Part shown: piece by piece, positions 37,479-45,760 of the stretch
Layout: every line of letters begins with the position of its first letter
Numbering within the stretch: the stretch's first letter is position 1
Assembly (NCBI GenBank): GCA_051532035.1
Contig: JAOPTW010000015.1
Span: 1 to 64,000, forward strand
From: Fibrobacterales bacterium
GTDB taxonomy: Bacteria; Fibrobacterota; Fibrobacteria; Fibrobacterales; JAOPTW01
DNA length: 64,000 nt
Direction: 5' to 3'
Notes under the pieces: model-generated
Seen by the model: only the letters and a program-made list of their open reading frames with translations
What the model was told of the DNA's origin: nothing
The model's database searches: none
Program-made: the position numbers and the translations under genes

Positions 37479-38831
37479 CTATTTAGGTACGGTTAGGTGG
37501 GGGAACTTTAAAACATCCTGCCACAATATATAGGCGAAGAGTGTGATAAAAAATATTATTGCTACTTGCTGGATTGCCGCTTGTACATTTCTTGGTAATG
37601 GCTTCCCTCTAATTGCCTCTATAGCAAAAAACAGCAGCATTCCCCCATCAGTAATAGCAAGGGGAAGAAGGTTCATTATGCCAAGATTCATACTAATAAG
37701 CGCCAACAAAAAGAGGAGCATAGAAAAGTCAAGCATCCATGTTGAGCCTAACACTTGAACAATACCTACAGGCCCTGAAAGTGCTTTTGTTTTAAGTGCA
37801 CCTTGGAATAGTTTTTTAATAAAAACAAAAGGCATTTTTATCCATTCAATACTCGTTTCAAATGCTTTTCCCATAGCAGGAAATAGTGAGCGAACAACGG
37901 TCTGTTGTGGAAGTGGTGAAAGAGCCAGTCCAATTCTCCAAGCGCCAGATTGTACATCTTTTCTAGGAATAACCTGAACAACACTCTGAGTTGCCAATCC
38001 TTGTACATCGACACGAATAAGAGTGAGTGCTAGTGGGTTCCCTTCTGTAATTTGCACAGCCTCTACAAGTTCTTTTGCAGATTTTATGGCTACCCCATTC
38101 ACTTCTGCAATTTGATCAGCTTCTATTATCCCTGCGTCATCTGCCGGTGTACCCTTCAACGGCGTTGCACCTGCATATACCCGTTGAAAGTTTTGAATAA
38201 TTCCAGAACTTCCTATTCCAAAATCTTCAAACTCACTTGGTACTACTGATAATTTTAGAGTGATTGTATCTCTTTTCACTTCAAGAGGAATCGGTGTATC
38301 AATATTGATACTCATAATCTCCCGAAAGCGGTTCCAGCCCGGAGAGTTTTCATTATTTACCGAAACAATTACATCATGAGATTGAACTCCTGCATATTCT
38401 CCTGCTGAACCCTCAAGTACTTCCCCTACAATCATTTCTGTCTTAATGGGCTCTTGTACTCCAACCATATATAGAAGTGTTAATATGAGATATGCAAAGA
38501 CAACATTTATAAAAGGACCTCCAAATGCAATAGCTGCACGAACCCGTATTGGCTTTGCTTGAAAATGATCGGATTCTACAGCTTCAAATTCATCTTGAGC
38601 TGGATTCTCACCTGCCATTGCAACATAGCCACCAAAGGGAATTGCCGAAATACAGTAGACAGTATCACCCTTTTTGAATTTAAATAGTTTTTTACCAAAC
38701 CCTATCGAAAAGACATTTACTCTCACACCCGTTAGGCGAGCAACAAGGAAATGCCCTAATTCATGTATAAATACAAGAAAACTGAGCCCAATTAATCCAA
38801 GAATAATTTGTGGTATAACATTAAAGTTCAT
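37479..38831 (-). CDS. rseP: Site-2 intramembrane zinc protease RseP
   Basis: HELGH, FSIGFG, AIPFGGYV, GGPFIN, two PDZ domains, NLLPLAITDGG. Confidence 0.96.
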   Translation of the reverse strand: MNFNVIPQIILGLIGLSFLVFIHELGHFLVARLTGVRVNVFSIGFGKKLFKFKKGDTVYCISAIPFGGYVAMAGENPAQDEFEAVESDHFQAKPIRVRAAIAFGGPFINVVFAYLILTLLYMVGVQEPIKTEMIVGEVLEGSAGEYAGVQSHDVIVSVNNENSPGWNRFREIMSINIDTPIPLEVKRDTITLKLSVVPSEFEDFGIGSSGIIQNFQRVYAGATPLKGTPADDAGIIEADQIAEVNGVAIKSAKELVEAVQITEGNPLALTLIRVDVQGLATQSVVQVIPRKDVQSGAWRIGLALSPLPQQTVVRSLFPAMGKAFETSIEWIKMPFVFIKKLFQGALKTKALSGPVGIVQVLGSTWMLDFSMLLFLLALISMNLGIMNLLPLAITDGGMLLFFAIEAIRGKPLPRNVQAAIQQVAIIFFITLFAYILWQDVLKFPHLTVPK

Positions 38832-39972
38832 CTATGAGCCTTTGTGCTGTTTCCCGAGCAGTAGTATCTGCTTGAAGAACATCGTCAAGTGTTGGGTTCT
38901 CTATAACTTCCACAGAGTTTAATACTTTTTCATTAATCTGAGGAATATCATTAAATGTAATATTTTCTTTAAGAAATGAAGCAACAACAACTTCGTTTGC
39001 AGCGTTAAGTATTGCTGGGGCTGTCCCCCCTTTCTCTCCTGCCTCGAAAGCAAGTCGTAAACAAGGGAACTTCAAAAAATCAGGTTTGTAAAATTGTAAT
39101 GACTGTAAATCAGATAATGACACTTGCTCTACTGGTAGGTCCCATCGCTCAGGATAAGAAAGAGAATACTGAATCGGTATTTTCATATCAGGTGCGCCCA
39201 ATTGAGCCATCAGACTCCCATCTTTAAATTGAACCAATGAATGAACCACAGACTGAGGATGTACAACAACATGAATTTGATCTAAGGGTATATTAAAAAG
39301 AAAATGTGCCTCTAATACCTCAAGCCCTTTATTCATTAACGTTGCCGAGTCAATAGTTATCTTGGGCCCCATACTCCAAGTAGGGTGCTTTAATGCCCGC
39401 TCAAGAGTTATATTCTCAAACTCTTCTTGTGGTAACTCTCTAAATGGTCCGCCCGATGCGGTTAGTTGAATATTAGACACCTCAGAAATAGGTCGATCAG
39501 CAAGACATTGAAAAATTGCATTATGTTCTGAATCAATAGGGTAGATTTTAGATTGGGGATACTCTTTGAGTAGATTGTTTATAACGGTTCCCGCCATAAC
39601 CATCGTCTCTTTGTTTGCCAATGCAACTACTTTAGAGCATTCAATTGCTTTAATGGTAGGAAGACACCCAACAGCACCAACAAGAGCATTGACTACAACA
39701 TCAACAGCTGGATCGGAGACAAATTCTAAGAATGCTTCTATGCCTGTCTTAACATCTCTTCCAAGAGCTTCAGACAGCTTTTTTGCAGCACATTCATCCC
39801 ACATGGCCACATTGGGTACATCATATTTTTTTACAATCGCTAAAAGAGCTTTCCAATTACTATGAGCAGCAACAGAATAGAGGTCAAATTTATCAGGATG
39901 CGCATCAAAAACTGAAAGGGTTGAAGTACCGATAGACCCGGTTGCTCCTAAAAGTGCTACTGAACGTTTCAT
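38821..39972 (-). CDS. dxr: 1-deoxy-D-xylulose-5-phosphate reductoisomerase
   Basis: LGATGSIG, ALANKE, PIDSEH, LTASGGPFR, HPTWSMGPKITIDSATLMNKGLE; start at 39972 overlaps the cdsA stop codon. Confidence 0.97.
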   Translation of the reverse strand: MKRSVALLGATGSIGTSTLSVFDAHPDKFDLYSVAAHSNWKALLAIVKKYDVPNVAMWDECAAKKLSEALGRDVKTGIEAFLEFVSDPAVDVVVNALVGAVGCLPTIKAIECSKVVALANKETMVMAGTVINNLLKEYPQSKIYPIDSEHNAIFQCLADRPISEVSNIQLTASGGPFRELPQEEFENITLERALKHPTWSMGPKITIDSATLMNKGLEVLEAHFLFNIPLDQIHVVVHPQSVVHSLVQFKDGSLMAQLGAPDMKIPIQYSLSYPERWDLPVEQVSLSDLQSLQFYKPDFLKFPCLRLAFEAGEKGGTAPAILNAANEVVVASFLKENITFNDIPQINEKVLNSVEVIENPTLDDVLQADTTARETAQRLIDEL

Positions 39973-40802
39973 TAAAATAACTTCCCAATATAGGTAAACC
40001 ATATTACTGCAACAGGAGCAGCCAAAAAGAGACTATCAAACCTATCTAAAATACCACCATGGCCAGGAAATAAATTTGAAGAGTCCTTAACATCTGCATA
40101 ACGTTTAAATGCCGACATGAAGAGATCCCCCACCTGAGCCGTAATTGCCATAACTAAACAGAAAAATAACACATTTATCTCTGTAAGACCAGTCATAGTC
40201 GGTCCTACAAAATATCCAAAAAGCAGAGTAAGTATCGTTCCGCCAATACTTCCTTCCCAACTTTTTTTAGGGCTAATTTTAGGAGCAAATTTTCGCTTAC
40301 CAATAGATACACCTACAAAATAAGCTCCACTATCACACACCCACATAATCATACAGATAAACAAAAATTTTGAAACAGGTTCGAAGCCTTGGCCTGTACC
40401 CATCAGTTCGAAAGTCGTACCAAACCAATACGCAAAAAAGAGGAACCCAAATATATGAAGAGCAACCCAAGGGAAAAGCCGTTCAACTTCAATACTTTTA
40501 AAAGCCTTCAATATATAGACCAAAGAAAAAATGGGGAGCAATACAATACTCACACTCTGGAAAGTGATCGACTCATATGGGCAAAACCATGCGGATATAA
40601 CGAGTGCGGTTAAAATTGGGGTCAGAGTTTTATTTGAGGGCTTTCCAAACTTAGTTTCTAAAATACGAGCATATTCCCAACTTGCTCCTATAGTAAGAAA
40701 AGCTAAAAGTAGTTTACGAGAAATTTCTCCAAAATAGAGTAATCCGATAAATGCTGGTATTGCTGCAAGTGCAAACAATATCCGAACCGTCATATTGCTC
40801 AT
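39972..40802 (-). CDS. cdsA: Phosphatidate cytidylyltransferase
   Basis: DSGAYFVG, ISPKKSWEG, GDLFMSAFKR...KDSSNLFPGHGGILDRFDS. Confidence 0.96.
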   Translation of the reverse strand: MSNMTVRILFALAAIPAFIGLLYFGEISRKLLLAFLTIGASWEYARILETKFGKPSNKTLTPILTALVISAWFCPYESITFQSVSIVLLPIFSLVYILKAFKSIEVERLFPWVALHIFGFLFFAYWFGTTFELMGTGQGFEPVSKFLFICMIMWVCDSGAYFVGVSIGKRKFAPKISPKKSWEGSIGGTILTLLFGYFVGPTMTGLTEINVLFFCLVMAITAQVGDLFMSAFKRYADVKDSSNLFPGHGGILDRFDSLFLAAPVAVIWFTYIGKLF

Positions 40803-41521
40803 TAGAGCTCCTTGTCTGTGTCGATTACCTTGCCAAAACGGCGCTGTTTACTAGAATAATATGTGATTGCTTTTTCAAATTCTTGATTAGAAAAGTCGGG
40901 CCACAACACATCCGTCACATAAAACTCACTATATGCAATCTGCCATAGTAAATAGTTCGAGACTCTACAATCCCCCCCTGTTCTAATGAGCAGGTCAGGA
41001 TGTGGTACATCTGGCATGTAAAGGTGATTTTCAAAAAGTTTTTCGTCTATTTCATCGGCAGCAATCTCACCTGAAGCTACTTTAAGAGCTATGCCTTTAC
41101 AGGCATCTAAAATCTCTTGGTGAGATCCGTAAGATATGGCTAGATTGAGCTGTAGACCTGTGTTGTTTTTTGTCTTTTCAACTCCCGCCAGGAGTTTTTT
41201 GCGAGCCCGCGAAGGGAGCGATTCAATTCGTCCAATAATGTTTAATTTAACATTATTCTGCATCATCCCTTTGACTTCTATATCAATGAGGTCACTCATT
41301 AGTGACATTAGAAAAGAAACTTCTTTAGGGGGCCGTTGCCAATTTTCAGAGGAAAAAACATAAAGGGTTAAATAATTAACCCCTATGTTTCCACAATGTT
41401 CTACGATATTATGGGTAGTTTTCGATCCCTCTTTGTGTCCAAAGATTCGAGGCTTACCTTTAGCTTGAGCCCAGCGACCGTTACCATCCATGATGATTGC
41501 GATATGATCAGGTATCGTCAT
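40802..41521 (-). CDS. uppS: Undecaprenyl diphosphate synthase
   Basis: HIAIIMDGNGRWA, FSSENWQRP, DLLIRTGG..RVSNYLLWQ. Confidence 0.97.
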   Translation of the reverse strand: MTIPDHIAIIMDGNGRWAQAKGKPRIFGHKEGSKTTHNIVEHCGNIGVNYLTLYVFSSENWQRPPKEVSFLMSLMSDLIDIEVKGMMQNNVKLNIIGRIESLPSRARKKLLAGVEKTKNNTGLQLNLAISYGSHQEILDACKGIALKVASGEIAADEIDEKLFENHLYMPDVPHPDLLIRTGGDCRVSNYLLWQIAYSEFYVTDVLWPDFSNQEFEKAITYYSSKQRRFGKVIDTDKEL

Positions 41522-41550
41522 ATGATTGCTTGTATCAGTGATAACTATAA

Positions 41551-42090
41551 TTAAACTTTAAGAATGTCTTCTTCTTTAGCGGAACAGAGAACATCTACCC
41601 GCTTAATGAAGCCATCAGTTATTGATTGAATCTCATCAAGAGCACCTTTAAGGTCATCTTCTGACATCCCTTCAGCTTTATACTCTTTTTTAGTTTTATC
41701 ATTTTCATCACGTCGAATATTTCTAACTGCAATGCGAGCATCTTCAGCAAGTTTTCTTACTTTCTTAGCAAATTCTTGACGACGTTCAGTTGTTAGAGGA
41801 GGTATTGAAATACGAATAACCGTTCCGTCATTTACAGGAGTGAGACCCATATTAGCCATATGAATGGCCTTTTCAACGACATCAAGCATTCCTTTTTCCC
41901 AAGGGGTAATCTGTAGAAGCCTCGGTTCCGGAACTGATATACTCGAAACATGTGAGATAGGAGTTGGTGCTCCAAAATAATCAACAGTTACCTCATCGAG
42001 AAGTGATGGTGTCGCAATGCCTGTTCTGATTTTAGCCCACTCACGTGACACCGCGTCAATAGCCTTCTCCATTCTTTCTTCAATACTCAT
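41551..42090 (-). CDS. frr: Ribosome recycling factor
   Basis: IRTGIATP, IPPLTTERR, ARIAVRNIRRD. Confidence 0.97.
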   Translation of the reverse strand: MSIEERMEKAIDAVSREWAKIRTGIATPSLLDEVTVDYFGAPTPISHVSSISVPEPRLLQITPWEKGMLDVVEKAIHMANMGLTPVNDGTVIRISIPPLTTERRQEFAKKVRKLAEDARIAVRNIRRDENDKTKKEYKAEGMSEDDLKGALDEIQSITDGFIKRVDVLCSAKEEDILKV

Positions 42091-42101
42091 AACATTATCC
42101 T

Positions 42102-42824
42102 TTAATCATGTACAATTGTACCGAGCTTTTCACCCAAAAGTAATTTTTCAAGGTTACCATCGCCCATCTTTAGAACGAGTATTGGCATACTATTTTCACG
42201 ACACAGTGCAACTGCCGAAGTATCCATTACCGCAAGTTGCTGGTTAATTACTTCAGTATAATTGAGTACATCATACTTCTTCGCATCTGGATTTTTTGCA
42301 GGATCATCGTTATATATACCATCAACTTTAGTTGCTTTTATTATAACATCTGCATGAATTTCAATTGCACGAAGAGTTGCAGCACTATCAGTAGTAAAAT
42401 AAGGGTTACCTGTTCCACCAGCGAAAAGTACAATACGACCTTTTTCTATATGGCGGACAGCACGTCGACGAATAAACGGCTCGGCAACTGATTTAACTTC
42501 AACAGCAGACATAATTCTAGTTTCTGCACCCTCTTTTTCAAGAGCATCTTGCATTGCAATACAGTTTATTACTGTAGCAAGCATTCCCATATGATCACCT
42601 GCAGTACGTTCTATACCCTGCTCACTTGCAGCCATGCCCCGTACAATGTTGCCACCACCAATAACTATAGCGACGTCAACTCCCATCTCTTTTACGCGGA
42701 TAATCTCTTTTGATATTTCAAAAACGACTTTGGGGTCAACCCCAAAGCCTTTTTCTCCCGCAAGAGCTTCACCACTTAATTTTAACAGAATTCTGTTATA
42801 TTTAAGGGCTTTTTTTTCTGACAT
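42102..42824 (-). CDS. pyrH: UMP kinase
   Basis: RILLKLSGEAL, GGGNIVRG, GTGNPYFTTD; likely start MSEKK at 42824. Confidence 0.97.
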   Translation of the reverse strand: MSEKKALKYNRILLKLSGEALAGEKGFGVDPKVVFEISKEIIRVKEMGVDVAIVIGGGNIVRGMAASEQGIERTAGDHMGMLATVINCIAMQDALEKEGAETRIMSAVEVKSVAEPFIRRRAVRHIEKGRIVLFAGGTGNPYFTTDSAATLRAIEIHADVIIKATKVDGIYNDDPAKNPDAKKYDVLNYTEVINQQLAVMDTSAVALCRENSMPILVLKMGDGNLEKLLLGEKLGTIVHD

Positions 42825-42825
42825 A

Positions 42826-43689
42826 TTATTTTCCCAGTTCAAATCTTGTAAATGATTCAATTACAAGATTAGTAACACCTTGCTCTTTTTCAAGGTTTTG
42901 GAGCAATTTAGTAACAGGGAGTTTTGAATCTTTCACAAACATTTGCTCTGAAAGACATACTTCTTTGAGGAATTTTTTAAGTTTCCCTTCAATCTGACGA
43001 TCAAGGAATTCTTCTTTTGTTCCAGATTGGAGTGCGAGTTCTTTATAGATATCACGCTCTTTATCGATAACATCTTTGCTTACATCATCAGAATTAACTG
43101 AAATTGGATTTGTTGCCGCAACCTGCATAGCAAGATCTTTAGCAACTGCAACAAGAGCAGCCTTATCAGATGCTGCACCTTCAAACTTAAGGCTTACGAT
43201 AACGCCAATTTTACCACCCATGTGTGAGTAGGTTGCAACAGCATTATTTTCTGTAATAGCAGTTACATTATAACGCTTAATATCAATTTTTTCACCGAGT
43301 TTACCAGTAAGGCTCGAAAGAGTAACTTCAACTGAATCACCACTGATTTCAGCAGCCATAAGTGCAGCAAGATCAGCGTAGTCATTTTCTAAAAGAAGAT
43401 TAGAAATTACTTTACCAGTCCCTTGAAAATCTTCACCATTAGCTACAAAGTCAGTTTCACAGTTGATTTCAACTGCTACTGCTTTTGTATCATTAGTAGA
43501 AACAAATACACACCCTTCATTTGCATCTTTGTCTGCGCGTTTTGCTGCAACTGCTTGACCTTGCTTACGAAGGTTTTCAATTGCTTTTTCGATATCACCA
43601 TCAGCTTCTGTCAGTGCTTTTTTACACTGCATCATGCCAACACCAGTTTTCTCTCTTAACTCTTTTACTTGTGCTGCAGTAATTGCCAT
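42826..43689 (-). CDS. tsf: Elongation factor Ts
   Basis: VKELREKTGVGMMQCKKAL, EINCETDFVA. Confidence 0.98.
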   Translation of the reverse strand: MAITAAQVKELREKTGVGMMQCKKALTEADGDIEKAIENLRKQGQAVAAKRADKDANEGCVFVSTNDTKAVAVEINCETDFVANGEDFQGTGKVISNLLLENDYADLAALMAAEISGDSVEVTLSSLTGKLGEKIDIKRYNVTAITENNAVATYSHMGGKIGVIVSLKFEGAASDKAALVAVAKDLAMQVAATNPISVNSDDVSKDVIDKERDIYKELALQSGTKEEFLDRQIEGKLKKFLKEVCLSEQMFVKDSKLPVTKLLQNLEKEQGVTNLVIESFTRFELGK

Positions 43690-44444
43690 TATACTTCCTC
43701 TGCTTTTTCTTTAGATGCTTCAACTGTTTCAGTAGTCGCACCTTCTTGCGGAGCAGCGTCTTCGTTAGCAGGAGCTTCATTAATTTGGCTTGTAAGATAC
43801 TCAAGGATGAGGCTTACAGATTTAACTGCATCATCATTACCAGGTATTGGGAAATCGACTACATCAGGATTTGAGTTAGAGTCACATACTGCAATAATTG
43901 GTACATTCAATTTTTTCGATTCTGCAACTGCGATGTGTGAGTGATTAATATCGACGATAAAAACAAGACCTGGAGCCTCTTTCATTTCACGGATACCACC
44001 GAATACATCAAGAAGTTTCTCACGTTTACGATTAAGATCAAGTACTTCTTTCTTTTGAAGTTCTTTAAATAGACCGTCACGTTCCATTTTTTCAATTTTT
44101 TCTAGTTGTTTAATAGATTTACGTACAGTGTTATAGTTAGTGAGCATTCCACCTAACCAACGTTTTGTTACATAAAACTGGCCATATTTTTCAGCAGTTT
44201 TTTGAAGTACTGTACGAGTAGTAATTTTTGTACCAACAAAAAGAACTTTCTTGCCAGATGCAATACACTCTTTTATTGCTTTAGCAGCTGGATCTAATGA
44301 ATCAAGAGTTTTTCTGAGGTTAATTACGTGAATACCATTTCTTTCAGTAAGAATGTATGGTTTCATTTTAGGATTCCAGCGTGAAGTCTGGTGTCCGAAG
44401 TGTACCCCTGCTTCGAGGAGTTGTTCTACTGTAGGCTTATTCAT
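43689..44444 (-). CDS. rpsB: 30S ribosomal protein S2
   Basis: LLEAGVHFGHQT.RWNPKM, RWLGGMLTN, IPGNDDA. Confidence 0.98.
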   Translation of the reverse strand: MNKPTVEQLLEAGVHFGHQTSRWNPKMKPYILTERNGIHVINLRKTLDSLDPAAKAIKECIASGKKVLFVGTKITTRTVLQKTAEKYGQFYVTKRWLGGMLTNYNTVRKSIKQLEKIEKMERDGLFKELQKKEVLDLNRKREKLLDVFGGIREMKEAPGLVFIVDINHSHIAVAESKKLNVPIIAVCDSNSNPDVVDFPIPGNDDAVKSVSLILEYLTSQINEAPANEDAAPQEGATTETVEASKEKAEEV

Positions 44445-44452
44445 ATTTTATT

Positions 44453-44536
44453 CCTTGGTTTATTCGTTCTGCTTGAGGAATTGAGTTCTGTACTCTTCCG
44501 AAGAAGAGTACAGAACCAACCAAAGTACTCAAACAG
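44453..44536 (-). promoter_or_regulatory. Putative structured rpsB leader (S2 autoregulation)
   Basis: 14-bp stem with a C(UUCG)G loop nested in an outer stem, plus a pseudoknot pairing over the SD. Confidence 0.6.
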
Positions 44537-44563
44537 TGATTGATTGATTGTATTATTATTATA

Positions 44564-44959
44564 TTAACGTTTAGAGAACTGGAAGCGTTTACGAGCTTTC
44601 TTACGACCGTATTTCTTACGTTCAACTTCTCTTGCATCACGAGTAAGAAGACCTTTAGCGCGAAGTGCAGACCTGTCTTCTTCATTTATTTTAACGAGGG
44701 CACGTGCAATACCAAGTTTAGTAGCACCAACTTGACCGTTGATTCCGCCACCTTTAGCATTAACACTTACATCCCATTTATCACCGTTTTCAAGTGCAGC
44801 AAATGGGAGTTCTACTACCATCATTTGTGTTTCTGAAGTAAAGTAGTCAGAAAACTCTCTACCGTTTACAATTCTCTTACCAGTTCCTGGTCTAAGAATA
44901 ACAGATGCCACAGATTCTTTTCTACGGCCGGTTGCTCTAATTAATTTTTTTGAAGCCAT
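44564..44959 (-). CDS. rpsI: 30S ribosomal protein S9
   Basis: ATGRRKESVA, GGGINGQ, ERKKYGRKKARKRFQFSKR. Confidence 0.98.
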   Translation of the reverse strand: MASKKLIRATGRRKESVASVILRPGTGKRIVNGREFSDYFTSETQMMVVELPFAALENGDKWDVSVNAKGGGINGQVGATKLGIARALVKINEEDRSALRAKGLLTRDAREVERKKYGRKKARKRFQFSKR

Positions 44960-44972
44960 TATTAATCTTCCC

Positions 44973-45401
44973 TTATACCGTTACTTGTTCAGGTTTCTGT
45001 GCTGTATGTGGATGTTCGTTAGCCGCATATACATGCAACTTTTTAAACATTTTTCTACCAAGTTTGGTTTTAGGAAGCATTCCTTTAACCGCGTGAATAA
45101 CCGGAGATATACCATCTTTTTCCATGGCTTGGCGATAGGTAACAATTTTGCTACCACCAGCATATGTTGAGTGAGAAAAGTAGGTTTTTGTCTCTGCTTT
45201 TTTACCAGTAAGAGTCACTTTAGATGCGTTGATAATAATTACATTATCGCCACAGTCTACTGATGGTGAATATTCTGGCTTATTCTTTCCTCTAAGGATG
45301 TTAGCCACGTTTGATGCTAAACGTCCAAGCACGAGATTTTCAGCGTCTATTACTAGCCACTTTCTATCAACTGTTGAATCGTTGATGATTTGAGTTTTCA
45401 T
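44973..45401 (-). CDS. rplM: 50S ribosomal protein L13
   Basis: WLVIDA..VLGRLAS, LRGKNKP.YSP.VDCGD, VKGMLPK. Confidence 0.98.
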   Translation of the reverse strand: MKTQIINDSTVDRKWLVIDAENLVLGRLASNVANILRGKNKPEYSPSVDCGDNVIIINASKVTLTGKKAETKTYFSHSTYAGGSKIVTYRQAMEKDGISPVIHAVKGMLPKTKLGRKMFKKLHVYAANEHPHTAQKPEQVTV

Positions 45402-45669
45402 CTATTTACCTTTTGGTTGTGAGGGGATACTTCTATCCCTATGAAAATAGTGGGGCTTAAGATAGAAAAAAGAGCAAGTATTTCATTATATGTCCATCAA
45501 AATTATTATTTAGTCTCAAAAAAGGTCCGTAATAGCCATTTCCACAACCATCCCGCCCTGTAACGAAATTTAAAAAAATGAAAATTGGATAAAATCACAC
45601 ATTACTCAGGAAAACAACTGTTATCACAACAACAAAAACACAAAAAGACCAAAGTGTTTAAATAACAAT

Positions 45670-45698
45670 TTGCATTTCACCTTAAACAACGGTATATT
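45670..45698 (+). promoter_or_regulatory. sigma70-like promoter
   Basis: TTGCAT-N17-TATATT upstream of the lipoprotein gene. Confidence 0.5.
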
Positions 45699-45760
45699 AT
45701 TAATATATTGGTGTCTAATAGACACAATGTTGTTTGGGTTTTAAAATAATTGAGGGTAAG

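Noticed and set aside
38821..42860. Long gene overlaps dxr/cdsA and pyrH/tsf in the ORF track
   Set aside because: Artefacts of taking the most upstream start; the starts at 39972 and 42824 remove them.
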